64,000 bases of DNA from Glaucostegus cemiculus (lineage: Eukaryota), in NCBI GenBank assembly GCA_976551045.1, contig CDPCPM010000052.1:6014001-6078000 (forward strand), written 5' to 3'. Every line of letters starts with the position of its first letter. Positions within the stretch are counted from its first letter, which is position 1. The notes under the pieces are model-generated. The model did not search any database. It was not told the origin of the DNA and saw only the letters and a program-made list of their open reading frames with translations. A program made the position numbers and the translations under genes. Below, in pieces: positions 25,501 through 38,788 of the stretch.

Positions 25501-28104
25501 TCTGGGAGAAGGCCTCCTTTTTGCCACCATAAGGGAGATACTGAATGAAAGAAAATTTGTCTTAACACTTGGGAATTCTCCTAAATGAACATACCATTCA
25601 CTGATGTTCAGACTTACCCACTAAAGAATACAGTGATAATGGTGATTCAGAATGATCTTCATGGCACTGCATAAAGATCCTTCTGATTGTTGTCATCAGA
25701 AGAAGAAATGAAGAAAAGAACAGGGAGGAAACTCATTATTTTGCTTCATGCATAGAACTTATTTGGTTGTGTATTACAGTGTAGTGATGCCGTAAACCAA
25801 GATAATAGTTGGTATTTTACTGACTAAAATAACAATGGCTTAACATTATCATAATCGTGTATAAAACATTCAAGGATGGATGGTATAATTTTTCAAAAAT
25901 ACTCTCACCTTTGATATAATGCTTGTGGAAGTTGGATTAAAATTTTAATTTTTTTGATGGAAATTTATCTAAACTAAGCCAAAATGTGTACATTCCAATA
26001 ATCTTCAAATGCACAGTAAATAGGTCATAAATCCTTTTTGCTAACATTCTGTTGCTTATCTCTCCCTACTAATAACATTTATGGAATATTTGGTAAATTT
26101 AGCGAAAGATTGTAACATCAGCCAAGATCATAGCTTATTAAAACATACCCTCAAGCATCCAAGCCTTTTCTTAATTCCTCCCTTTCCCCTCATGTTGCAG
26201 ATATTGGGAGTTAATGATACTGTTTTCTTCTGAGCAATCTTCCCTTCCACTGACAATTGCTTGTAACTACAGTAATAACTAAGCCTGTTAGCAAATTGCA
26301 GTAAAGTTCTATAAATTATTTTCCTCTGCAGATATTCCACAGATTCATGGGATTGCCCCAGCTAACTTTGGAGGTTTTGACCTTTTCACTTTAGTTTTTG
26401 TTCTCATGTTGTCAAAGTGTTCAGTGGATTTGTGTCAGATTACAATGTGTAGATATGTCATCGTTAAGTAGATCCTTACATTAGTTCAAGAACTGAAGAT
26501 TTGTCGTCTTCACCACATTTGATTTTAGATTTGCCTCTACCGCTTGGGAAACCTCACAGATTGAGATGTTATATAATTTAGGATCACAGTTAATTATTGT
26601 TTAAAAGTTTAAGTTCTCTACTTTTAGTGACTTTTTTTGCAACTGGGCAGAATTGTGCCAAATGAAATTCAATACAGACAAGTGCAAAGTCTTGGGCATT
26701 GCAGGAAAAACTGGGATCATACATAATGAATGGTTTTGGCACAGTGAGATTTGGGGAGGGATGTGCCCTCAGCATGTCTAGTTTTTGCAAGCAGTAATTA
26801 ATAGAGCACCTGGCATAGTATGCCGGCTCAGTAGGGTACAAGTTTCAAATCATCATGCTAAAACCTATCTAGTTCTTTGATCAGCTTGTGCCATGAGTTC
26901 TCTGAAGTACTTAGGCAGTGATCAAGGGCAAGAAGTGGTGTGGTTCATGCAAATCACAAAGCTGACATCTATTGTTAGTGCACTAAGCTACAAGAAAAGT
27001 TTTTGTAGACAATCTTGTGTCCCACACTCAGTGGAGGGGAAGGAGGTGTGATCTTACAGGGGGTGAGATGACTTATAAACAGGTTAATGTTGAACAAAGT
27101 TGGAAGTGATTATTGGTTTAGAGGATGTACTCTGGGAAATGTCAACACTGAAGTCAGCAATTAAACCTGGATGTGTCTTCCAGATATGGTACTGGATACG
27201 CAACATTTGGAATAATTCAAAGGGCAGTTAAATCTTGATGGGGGAATTGTAGGTGTCGGTAAAAGAAAGAACTTGACAAGTTAAGTTGGCGCTCTTGTAC
27301 AGAAAGACCACCTTCAACCTATTGAATTTGCATCGGGAACTTGATTCCTTGTTGTCTCCCTGAGCTGCTCCGTGTTAGTACCAATCGGTGTGGATTCCGC
27401 CCAAAGGCTATTAACTTATTGTAAAAAAAAACTCCAGTCAATCCCAGTTTTGCCTAATAGTGTTTCCTTCCAGGAATATTTATCCAACTCCCTTGTGAAA
27501 GCTGCTGTTGAATCTGAAGCCATCAGTCTTGAAGAATTTGAAATTTTGACCACTAGTTGGGTAAAAACATCCTTGGGCTGCTAATTCTCCCTCACAAGCA
27601 CTAAACAACGAAGTACACATTCACTGGCTTTCTGCTGCCTACATTTTGCACTTTCAAGAACAGTTTCTGATTGGAAAGAGCAGAGTAAATTTTGATTGTG
27701 GGATACCAGCGATACTTTGCTTCCCACTTGACTTTCATTTATGTTGTCTTCTATGGAAATAAAAGTCATCTTGGCCTCCACAAATCACCTTTTTTTTGCA
27801 ATGTTTTCATATACTGAACCAGCTTTTCTTGTTGCCTTACTGAGCCAGTGCCATTTTAGTGCTAATTTTGTGTGTCTTCTACTCAGTGGGCTATGATTCA
27901 TTTAAAGTTTGACAGAAAAACTAGTATATTCGTGGAGGGCCATACATAGACATTCAACACTTGTGTCTCCAACATTCACCATAGCATTAACAGGAAAATA
28001 AGTCCCACATATACAGTATAATAAAGTTAAGATGAATATTCTGCAACAATTGAAGATCTAACATGTGAGAATAGAGATTTGAGGCTAGGAAATAATAATG
28101 AAAT

Positions 28105-28332
28105 TGTAGTGACTCACGATATCGGGATCTGAAACGCCGTCACGGGGAAACGCGCGAGTTCCCGCGATAGTGCCGGAAGGCAGGACTTCCGGCGGGAGTA
28201 TGACATCACTTCTGCCGGCCATGTTTTTTGTAGTTCGGGATATGCGCGGTTTTTGGTGAGTTATTAAAAACGTGCTCGATCGAGTCTCCGTGTCCTCGTG
28301 TTCTTTTAAGTCGCACCCTGCTGGCTGCTACA
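28105..28332 (+). mobile_element. Solo LTR (228 bp), probably Ty3/Gypsy type
   Basis: Starts TGTAG and ends CTACA (5-bp inverted termini, TG...CA). Exact 4-bp TSD AAAT at 28101-28104 and 28333-28336. ATTAAA at 28263-28268. Abruptly CpG-rich compared with the flanks. Confidence 0.85.
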
Positions 28333-28382
28333 AAATGATAATTGATAAGGAACACAAACTGATTTTGCACATTCAACAAACA

Positions 28383-28473
28383 CTGATGCAGGGTTTCGAC
28401 CCGAAATGTCGACAATTTCTTTCCTCCCGCAGATGCTGCTCGACCCACTGAGTTCCTCCAGCAGATTGTTTGC
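28383..28473 (+). mobile_element. Short PLE-derived element starting at a hammerhead core (CTGATGCA variant)
   Basis: CTGATGCA-GGGTTTCGACCC-GAAA-T-GTC-GACAA followed by cagatgctgctcgacccactgagttcctccagcag. Confidence 0.8.
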
Positions 28474-29954
28474 ACATTCCAGGTTGACTTTGTATACTTC
28501 CTTACCTCTCTTCTGTAGCCAGCTTCACCAGTAAATAGATCAATAGAGGTTACATTAAAAAAAAATGCCCTTCAGCCCTTATGGATTGTACCAGCCCCTG
28601 GTTGGACAATTCAAAAGGAATCCCATTGCCCCGAACTCTCTCTGAAGGTCTTCAGATATTTATCCATTTATCCCTGGAAAAGTGCAGTACTGTCTCCCTT
28701 GATCAGTCCCTGTGGCAAAGTTCCCCTGTTCCAAATATGTTAAGGATAAAGCATATTTCTGTTAATTTTTCTGCTTTCTGTTAGTGCAGTGATCCCTCTG
28801 ACCAAGTAACAATGTAAACTCAGAAACACACCACACTAACGGTACCAGTGGGTTTTGCTTGGCTTATTGTCTGTCTGCCATTGTTATTTTCTTTACCTGT
28901 AGTTGCACTTTCTAGGAATGAAAATAGTTTCTAATTTCTGTGCCGCATGACCTCAGCTTTGAGGGACACCACATTCACATTCTTTTCTTTGTAAAAAAAA
29001 GTCTTAACTGTGTGTTTGCTTGTAAGCTTACAGTCTGCAGCTTGGAAGTTAAGTGCCTTTCAGACTAAACCTAAGCGATGTCCGTGTTTAGACAATCCTG
29101 TGATACACTTGAAGAGTAGTCCCCAGGCCATTAGTCTTCTTTCAGTCAACACCATGTGGCACTTATAACTTAATCATTCATCTCATTTGTTGTGGTTGGA
29201 TCTTGCTGTGCCTCTCTTTGCCTGCATATTATCATTTGCTCTACATCAGAAGTTATTTAAGGACAACCAGAGGTAATATTAAAATGTATGTAAATGAAAA
29301 TTCCTTGTTTCATATTTCTTCTGAATGAATGATTCATAGTCATTTCCTTAAACAATCTTGCATTCTGCCTACTCTACTGTCCACATAACCCACTGCCAGA
29401 ATAAAGTTTATTTGGAACTTTAAAGTCAAATTGCTTTAAGAGAACTTGGTTTAAACATTTTGAAATCCTACATAAATTTAATCAAACTGTTGATGATAGA
29501 GCAGGAAATATGTGTACATTATGGCTGCATCTTTTGACAGGAATTCCTTATCTTTATTGTTTATATAGATACATTTAATTTTCCAATGAAAGATATTGTT
29601 GACTTAAACATTGTGATATTTTAGGAAGTTTTTGCCCTCATTAATCATTGCTGCAGCTTATACAGAAGAGGGAGAGAGGTTCCCAATTTTGGGGAGGGAA
29701 TAAGCTAAATCGAGAGCAAAAATCTTGCAGCAGAAACATTGATACACAAGTCTGTGAAAATGAACAAACAAACATTATCCTTTCCAGTTGTGGTGGAGTC
29801 ATCCAGCACAGAAACAGGCTCTCCTGCCCACTCCGTTCATGCCAACCATTAAGTACCCACCTATATTTATCCCATTTACCAGGACTTGGTCTTCAGTGTT
29901 CTAGTTTGAATTCAGAGGAAATTGGAAACAAAGGAGAATAAAGCTAAACTAAGC

Positions 29955-30150
29955 AATTATTTGGAAACAGTCAGCAGGTCAGGCAGCATCTTTGGAAAGA
30001 AAACCAAGCTCTAAGTTTTAGGTTCAAGACCTTTCATCAGGACTGTCTTCTGACAAAGGGTCTCAGACCTGAAGCATTAACTCTATTTCTCTTTCCACTG
30101 ACACTGTGACCTGCTGACGGTTTCCAATATTTTCTGTTTTATTTTTATTT
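29955..30150. mobile_element. PLE-derived palindrome with back-to-back hammerhead remnants
   Basis: A minus-strand CAGTC-CTGATGAA-AGGTCTTGAACCT (30020-30045) abuts a plus-strand CTGACAAA-GGGTCTCAGACCT-GAAG (30050-30074). Outer arms ttggaaacagtcagcaggtca / tgacctgctgacggtttccaa are complementary. Confidence 0.78.
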
Positions 30151-30656
30151 TCATCAGCAATTCTGTTTTTGATTTTCTTGAGCAGTTATTTGTTTGGTCA
30201 GGGTGGAGTTGGTGTATTGTGATGTTGAGGGTAAGGCAGAGTCATTTACAGTAGAACAATGTATAATGCATTGACATGATCGGTAGAAAAAAAGAGAATG
30301 TGAGTGCAGTGACTTCCTTTGATGGTTCCTCTTTTGGTTAGCCCAGGAGTATAACAAAATAATTATTAACTATAGCTTTTGGTCTGTAAGATAAATTATT
30401 GCCTTCAATTGCAGAAGTGACTGCTTGTGTGAAATAATGCCCTTGTGCTTCTGCCTTCTGTTATAAATCATTCCTGTCTCTTCTCTAACCTTTGTTGATC
30501 TAAACAGATGATGAGGTCATTTTTTTAGGCAGTTCTGTAATTTTAATTGGTTAACTGAAATGATTTTTTACTTAAAATTAAAGTGCTTCATGCAAGGAAA
30601 AGTGATTTCATGTGTTGGTGGATACAGGTTTGCCTCACACTATCTCCATTTTCAGT

Positions 30657-30961
30657 GGGCAGGCACGGTAGTGTAGCGGTTAGTGTAACGCTATTACAGC
30701 GCCAGTGAACCGGATTCAATTCCACTCACTGCCTGTATGGAGTTTATACATTCTCCCCGTTTTTACGTGGGTTTCCTCCAGGTGCTCCGGTTTCCTCCCA
30801 CGTTCCAAGGGCCTACGGGTTAGGAAGTTGTGGGCATGCTATGTTGGCACTGGAAGCGTGGTGACACTTGCGGGCTGCCCCCAGAACACTCTACGCAAAA
30901 AATGCATTTCACTGTGTGTTTCGATGTACATGTGACTAATAAAGATATCTTATCCTTATCT
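30657..30961 (+). mobile_element. tRNA-derived V-SINE with a Rex-Babar-like 3' tail
   Basis: A box TAGTGTAGCGG, degenerate B box GATTCAATTCC, V-domain TGGGTTTCCTCCAGGTGCTCCGGTTTCCTCCCA, tail ATTTCACTGTGTGTTTCGATGTACATGTGACTAATAAA. Confidence 0.82.
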
Positions 30962-32479
30962 ATTGCTGTACTCTCAGTGGCACATGCCAACTATGGGCTT
31001 TAGTGAGTTCCCAACAATGGGAGTTAGTATCATTGGGCAACTTGCTCTGGGCTGTTCACTGCTACTTCCTGATAACCAGCTTGAAAGCAGGATAGACTTG
31101 GATATACTTCCCCAAAGCCAAGAATGATTTGTTGGCCATAGACTCAAGTATTGTGAAAGACAATGCAATTCTTCAAAATATGCAAGGTTAAGTGGGAGGG
31201 AGGATAAATGTGGTTAATTAACATTTTACTTTGTTAGAACACACATTTTGAGACTGCATTATACTTTCTGGTGTGATATCCAGCCGTACTCCATTAGGAA
31301 AAGGCTATTAATCATTCCGAGCAGGAGCATGAACATTGGGGAATTTACAGTATTTTGTACACCCCAATTACAAATGTAGTTCTCTACGTTTAAATATAAA
31401 TATAAGTAGAGTGATTCAATTTGTATCTATCTGATCTGAATTCAGCCCATTTATCATGTGCAATTGGGACTTCAGTGATATTAGCACTGATAGAACTTGG
31501 TTCATTGCTAAGGTTTTGTGTAGGGTTTGATCTTCCTACTATTTTATACCACTCATTTAATTTTAATTTGCCATATGCAAAATGCTAGCGGCAACAGTTG
31601 TAAGGTGTGCACGGTGTGTTTTGCTAAAATATTTGAACTGTCATAAGTAGCATAAATGTAGTTCTGGGTCATAAATGTATGGAAGAGCAGATGACAAAGA
31701 GCAACTTGAAACACACTTCCATGTGACTCCACAGTTACATAAGGCTAGAAGTATATTTGGAATAACTTAAATTCCAATTAAATTACAGGATTCGTATAAC
31801 CCTTAAAACAAAACACTCACCCTTTGGCTACTTGAAGGCTCTCCAAACCATTTCTACTTATTGTACCTAAGTTACATTTCACTAATTGTACCTAAGTTTC
31901 ACATCACATCACTGTCTTTGTAGATGAAACCTGAATGCAAATATAGATTCTTATACAATAGCAGGTGGCTGGAGTTGGATACTGATATTCATTGCTGATC
32001 TTGAGCACCAAATTTTAACCTTAAAGTTCCCCCCATCTCCCCCCCCCCCCAGCCTTTAAAAAAATTAACATTTTGAAAAATAACTGTGTGTCTAGAACCT
32101 CCGTGAATCCCCCAAAGTAACCTGTTAAACAAATCTTACCAGTATCTGATTTGGAATAAACCAAGGATGTAGCACAAGAAGTCAAGAAGCAATTGCCAGC
32201 AAACATACCTTTCCCAAATGGAATTGAAACTTATTGTAAGCTTTTCTCTAAGAGTGAAATTATGATGCGTTATAAAACTCTGGGAGCTAGTTGACTGACT
32301 GGCTGTTTTCCTCAAGCACTTACCTTATCGTGCAATCATTTGTCAGTTATCTCGACAAACCAGGTGAATAACTATCTGTCGTAAGACTGTGTTTCCTTGA
32401 TTCCTATTTGTTACACTGTTAAGCGCCCAAAGAAGATGCATCTATAAAGGAGCCAATCTCAATGAAGACCAGTGTCAGG

Positions 32480-33460
32480 CAAGGCTAGCTCATTGCTGCA
32501 GTTCTGTTGTTTATCCTTCTCACTGCATGTAATCTCCAGCAAACTTCCCATGGGAATGGAGCTTATCTTCACAACTAATGGGAAACTCTTCACCCTATGG
32601 TAACTATGCTTCAGTATCAAGGTCATCCCAATCTCAGTAGTCGAGCTGCAGTATGGAGATGGGCTTGCATTTGTGTGTGCTTCGAGACAGAGCTTCAAGC
32701 TATCATTGACTCATTTACTGACACGTAAAGAAGATGTGTGTTGCTGTCAACATCTGGAAAAGATGGGCCATTTCCCAGATCTCAGGAGCCACCTGTCAGT
32801 GAAGACGGACATTGATGACGAAATTCACCATTGCTCTCAATATGTCAGCACGGCCTTTGATAATTTGAAGATCAAGACTTCAGACCAGCCACAAAACTAG
32901 TGATCTACCAGGCAGCAGTAATCCCTGCACTCCTGTGTGCTTCTGAGACTTGGGCTACCTATAGCAGTGCCCCCAAAGAGATGCCACCAACATTATCTCC
33001 AAAAAGCCCTCCAAAGTCACTGAGAGGATAAGTGACCAATATAATGTCCTCTTCCAGGTCAATGTCCCCAGCATTGAGGACCCAGTTGCATTTATTTGAC
33101 TCCTTTGGACAGGCTACGTTGCTCTCAAAATTGAGCTCTGTCGTAGGAAGAGAGAACCAGGACTACAGAGAAACAGATTCAAGGATGCTCTCAAAGCCTC
33201 TTTGATAAAATGCAGACTCCTGGGAATACCTGGCCCATCTCCGCTCAGAGTGGAAAAGGAGCATTCAGGCTGGAATTGGGAAGCTTGAATCCATGCATCA
33301 GGAGCACACTGAAACCCTGTGTGAGCAGCAAATGGAGTGCAGCAGCACACAAGCTACCCGCCCTGTGAGTCACCACCTGCCCATCTCTGGAGGAAGTTGT
33401 GGCTCCCATATTAGTTACATCAGTTACTTCAGAACCAAAGTGGAAACAAGTTATCCTCAG
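32480..33460 (+). mobile_element. RTE (BovB-like) LINE, decayed
   Basis: ELIFTTNGKLFTL...VVELQYGD (RTE GKLFNL / ELLYADD-like), HFPDLRSHLSVKTDIDDEIHH, and QRNRFKDALKASL. Confidence 0.7.
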
Positions 33461-33684
33461 CAAGCACTTGGAGGAACTTTTGTTCTTTTGACCAAATTCA
33501 ATAGAGCAAAAGTGTAGTGAGGTAATTTGGAGATACCAACCTGCCAATCGTGTGACTCAAAGCATTACCACATGCTACTGCAGATAATCTGTTGTACTCT
33601 TATGGTCCTGAAGGTTGCATTGTGCCCAGATAGCCAAGTGGAGCAAATATCTGTGCATGAACATCTAGGAAACATGCACATGGT

Positions 33685-33900
33685 TTCTGAAGGGGACTTT
33701 CTTCACCCAGAGAGTGATGAGTACCTCAAGTACAGTGCCAGATAGAGTAATAGAACAGAGTTGCTGACAACATACAAGAAGTGTCTAGATGAACATTTAA
33801 GTTGCTACAGGCCAAGTGCTGGAAGGTGGGATTAATATAGATGGTGCCCACTGGTCGGCATGTTGGGCCGAATGGACTGTTTCCATGCTGTATGACTCTC
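33685..33900 (+). mobile_element. CR1 3' end
   Basis: ttcttcacccagagagtg...ttgggccgaatggactgtttccatgctgtatgactct terminal motif. Confidence 0.7.
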
Positions 33901-34379
33901 AGACAGCAACATCCAAGGCATTCGTTGGAGGTCATTAACCAACAAATCTTCTGACTGCATACTGGTTTCACTGCGCCAACAGAAAAACTAGACAGAGGTA
34001 TTATAGTTGCACTTTCAGTATCTAAACCCTACTGAGATAAATTTTACCCACTGAGTTCTGACAAATCCACATCAGACTGCCAGGTTTTATTAGCATAAAA
34101 CTGCTTCATATGTATGCAGCTGCCATGCCTGCTTCAGGATAGCAGCAGAGCTGTTTGAGAATGTTGAAGTGGAGGTCCCAGGATCGGAGGAAAAACCCTA
34201 TCAAGGGAACTGGTAAACTAATGACAGCATAGGCAGGATAATGTTCGGAATGAAGAGAGTGTATTTAGTATGGAGGATAGGGTATCAGATATCAGGTCAG
34301 GTTGGCAGCAAGAGAGTGGAGAGATTGTGAACGAGAAGTTTAATTTAAATAAAAAAACAGATAATATGATGGGCAAGAA

Positions 34380-34945
34380 ATAGTAACAGTGAATGCTGGG
34401 ATTGGATGGACAACATCTGTGGAGAGCAAATTTAGCATTTCACATCAAAGACCTTTCATCAAAACTGGGAAAAAGTAGAAATGAAATCAGTTTAAGTGGT
34501 TAGTCAGTTCAGAGTCTTATAAAACACCATAATGTCACCGTTAGAATGTAGTTTACAATGGGTTTCCATTAAGAGAAGTCATGTTTGATGGCTGATGCCT
34601 TTTGACCTGTTTCTGCACAAAATTCTTGGTTTATTCTAAACCAGTTACTTGTACAATTTATTTAATAGGTTATTTATGGAACAAAACAGAGAAAAGGAGG
34701 AGGGGTCGAGAGAACAGAGGAGGTCTATGATAGGTGGAGTTGAGGAGAGATTGAGTGACATAAGTGAAAGATGGTGATAATCAGGGAGAGAACCTCTGAG
34801 GGGATGTAAAATGGAGATGAATGGAATCCGAAATAACAGGAGAGAGGGGAAAAAACTGAATACTGGAAGTACGAGATACAAGACTACAACTGGCTGATGA
34901 TTTGAAATTGTGTGATTCATTGTTGAATCCCAGTTGGCCAAGTGG
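34380..34945 (-). mobile_element. PLE 3' region, decayed
   Basis: Minus-strand hammerhead remnant at about 34432-34469 and ttcaacaatgaatcacacaatttcaa, similar to the GIY-YIG C-terminal LQP.GMN.EF region. Confidence 0.5.
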
Positions 34946-35929
34946 AAAAAGTATCAGTGGAAGAACATCTTGGAAACTGTGATCATAATGTCAATAGGGT
35001 TAAAATAGCTATGGAAAAGGACATGGATAACTTCAAGGCAAAACATAATGTCCGATGGAGATGGACAGATGAGAACAGAGAAATTGGAATCAGTACTTAG
35101 CAGCCTAGAAGGAATGAGCTAGTTACCAACAAGTCCATGTGGGAGGTGGGTAGGGATATTAAAGCCAGAGTTCCCTAGATGAACAAAAAGGTAGAGAGCA
35201 AGACAGCAGAGAAAAAGAGCACATGACAGATGCCAGGTTGTTGGCACTGATAATAGATAGTTCATCAGGGAAGTAGAAACAGCTTCCTTAGTTGACGGTG
35301 CTCTTGACCCATCTCATCCATTTCCTGTACCTGTTCTTGCCCCCCCCCCCTCCTCCTGGGCAACCCAAGGCTAGAGTTCTCCTGGTCCTCACTTCCAACT
35401 GATTGTCCTTTGCAATTTCTACCACTGTTGATGAGATTCCACCACCAGCCACATCTCCTTGTCCCTTTTCAGCATTCTGAAGGGACTGTTCCTTTTAAGG
35501 CCCCTTACTTGCTTCTTGTGTTGTGGCCTTAAGGAATTAATATCGTTTTCAACAATTTTGCTTTCAACAATTTTACTTCCGATTTGCCCTGTTTCTGTTG
35601 GCATTGGCCAGCTCTGCTGTCGGTTGTGCATTTGTAATATTGGCTCAGTTATTCTCTCTCGACCTGACCTGCTGAGCATCTTCTACAGTTTGGCATTTTG
35701 CATTTTTGACATTCCTATGTTTTTTTTCTCTCACTCTCTCTATAATTGCTTTTACTTCACAGCTTTTATATTCTCTCCCCACATTCACTGCCGGACCCGC
35801 TGGTGTTTCTAGCATTTTCTATTTTCGTTTTCCATTTTCGGCATACGCCGTATTTTTTCATTTTCTAATGAGAAAAGTCCAAGTCTGGCAGCAAAAGTAC
35901 AAGAGAATCCAAAAATACGCTGTAGTCAT

Positions 35930-36575
35930 GTGACCCCAGTCACTGACCTGCAGTCAGAAAAATCCCTCTACCACTACCCTCTATCTTCTATGGCTGACTA
36001 ATTTTGGATCCAATGTACCAACTCACTGTGGATCCCATGCATCTTATTCTTCTGGATCAGCCTACTATGAGGGACCTTGTCAAATGCTTTACTAAAATCC
36101 ATGTAGATATTCGCTGCTCCACCCTCATCAATCATTTGCTCAAAGAATTCAGTCAAATTTGTGAGGCAGGGCTTCCCCTGCATAAAACAATGTTAACTAT
36201 CCCTAATAAGTACATTCTTTTCCAAATTGAGTAAATCCTGCTCCTTAGAATCTTCTCCAATAGTTTCCCTACCATTGATATAAAGCTCACCAGCCTATAA
36301 TTTCCTGGTTTGCCCCTGTTGCCTTTCTTAAACAGAGGAACAAGATTGGCTATTCTCCTGTCCTCCAGGACATCACCTGTGGCTAAAGAGGATACAACAA
36401 TCTCTGTCAAGGCCCTCGCAATCTCCTCCCTTGCTTCCCTCAGTATCCTGGGATGGATCCCATCATGCCCCGGGGAGTTATCCACCTTAATATTTTTCAA
36501 GACACCCAACACCTCCTCTTTCTTCACATTGACATGCCCTGGAATATCAGCGAACCTGTCTCTAAATCTCGCCAT
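35930..36575 (-). mobile_element. CR1 ORF2 internal fragment (RT N-terminal part)
   Basis: ORFs 36153-36605 (KVDNSPGHDGIHPRILREAREEIA...VPLFKKGNRGKPGNYRLVS) and 35998-36183 (YMDFSKAFDKVPH). Confidence 0.9.
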
Positions 36576-37489
36576 CATCCATGTCCATTCTGTTGGCTGA
36601 ATCAAGCAACACTTCGTAACATTTTATGAATTTTATTTCTTAAAAAATCTTTAAAACAATATTCAAATTATATTTGAATTTTCTCTAATACACAAATGTT
36701 CATCAGAAAAAATGTGGTTGCCTTAATTCCCTTTACCTTCAGAAGTGAAATGAGGGTCATTAAAGGAAGGCAGCACATTTTTGCGAGCTCCATTAAGTCT
36801 TGCAGAGTCACTGAAGGATGAGCAGCAACAGAATCACTTCTGGCAGATATGGAGAGAATTGGACTGCAGTGTGGCGAATTTGTGTGATCTTCAGCACTTG
36901 GAAGATTGTCAATAATAATGTCATCAAAGGTTAGGTATGCTATTGCCCAACTGTTTTTTCATTATGGATACCCTTTTCAATCACTAACACGTTGGTTTGA
37001 TAATAATGTCTAGGCACTGCTGGGACAAATAGGCGATGAAGACAACTAGACTCCTTGATCTGCACCAATAGTTTGTCACTTCCTTGCTTGACAGGCCACT
37101 GAAAAGACATTACTTGTGCCCAAATTTGTGTACACTAAAAATATCAAAAGACATCGAACATGTGAGTATAGTAAGCTCTGTTCTCAACAGTGCTGCTGTA
37201 TTAGTCATCTTTAGGGTGACCTGCATCGAGTCCACCAAAAAGCTATGTCTAAGTGACAAACTTGTTTGCCCAGCAAAGATTTGGCCTGAAGTTGTTGCAG
37301 ATGGAAGGGTGCCAACTGTATCCCTAATATTGAAGTTTCCATCTTTGTAATAAGAAAACCATAGATCTCAAAGCCACATATTAACCACTCAAAATGTTCT
37401 AGTTTGGGACCACCAATAAACCTTATTTAACCAACTTCATCTCCCTATGAAACTCTTCCAGGCAGGTTGATCCTATGTAATGTCAATTA

Positions 37490-37855
37490 GATTAAGCATG
37501 ATGCTCCAGAGTCTCATTCCAGAGAATGATTTTAATGGCCAGTGATCCAGTGCAATACTGAGGGAACTCTGCCCTTTCGGAGGAGATGTCTTTCACATGA
37601 GATGTTAAATCAAAGCCCCATCAGCTCTCTGAGGCGGACATAAAGATCTTGTGCGCCATTTCAAAGAAGACTGTAGCTAAGTAAATAGATTATTTGCTCA
37701 AGACCACATTGGTCTTTTTGGGACCTCAGCTGTAAGCAAATTAGTTGTTGCTTTCCCACATTACAGCTGTTCCTATATTTCAAAAGTACTTCATTGGGCT
37801 GCAGGGCTTTAGCATATCCTGAAACTGTACTGTATAAATGCAACTCCATCTTTCT
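37490..37855 (+). mobile_element. Deu-domain SINE (SacSINE1/AmnSINE1-like) with an L2-type tail
   Basis: gtctttcacatgagatgttaaatcaaagccccatcagctctctgaggcggacataaagatc...tttcaaagaaga matches the recalled Deu domain; tail cttcattgggctgcagggcttt...tataaatgcaa. Confidence 0.7.
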
Positions 37856-38535
37856 TTGTACATGCCCATTATCATGCCTGATCAGTGTCACATAACTAAG
37901 CTACCATCCGAGTTTATTTCAGTAATATACTTGCTATTGACTGTCCTAGGCTAATCCATGTTGCAATGAAGAACCTTTATAGCAGTTGGATAGCAGTTAG
38001 AATTATTAGCCCATGACTTGACTTAACCTTGGTAATATCACTTTATTGAAACAAAATTAATCTGAAAAGTACACCACATGCTCTGTAGACAACTAAATTC
38101 TGATAGTGCTTGACCTTCACTGTTCCCACAGCAACTGATTAAACCGTGACAAATTTGATCCCCAGTTTGGTACTTCATAACTCAATACACCTAACCATTT
38201 AAAACACTGTTACACCGACTTGCTATTAGCTTGGGATTTGCTCTAATATATATAGATACTGGCAGGTGGGACAGAACGCCTGTTTACGAGAAGATGAACC
38301 AAGCAAATTGATTGAAGTATCATTTAAACATTCTGTCAGGCATCACCTTGGTTTCCCTAGCACTAGGAACTAAGATTTGTAATATAATTAAGACAAAAGT
38401 TGTAATGAGATGATTAAATGGAGCTATTTACTGTGCTTGTAATAACGGTATCTGCTGGAGCTTAAGTTAGTGCAGCTTTGCAAGTTCATCACTAAGCTGG
38501 AGATCACAATTTCCAGCACCTGTCTGTCCAACTAT

Positions 38536-38788
38536 AAATTAGTAAATTGGTTTATTGTTGTCATATTTATAGAGGTACAGTGAAAAAATGTTGCTTTGCA
38601 TGCCACCCACACAGATTATTTCATCACATCAGTGCATCGAGGTAGTACAAGGGAAAACAATAACCGAATGCAAAATAAAGTGTTACAGAGAAAGTGCAAT
38701 GCAGGTAGACAATAAGGTGCAAGGTCATAATGAGGTAGATTGTGAGGCCAAGCGTACGGGGGACCGTTCAATAGTCTTATGAGCGGGA
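38536..38788 (-). mobile_element. Rex-Babar 3' UTR
   Basis: Homologous to 24505-24775. Confidence 0.8.

Noticed and set aside
28105-28332. CpG-island promoter of a separate nested gene
   Set aside because: TG...CA termini with an exact TSD and sharp compositional edges favour a solo LTR, and no downstream exons were recognised.
31860-31900. Short direct duplication ATTGTACCTAAGTT x2 (similar case at 35548-35575)
   Set aside because: Looks like simple local slippage or duplication with no associated element or structure.
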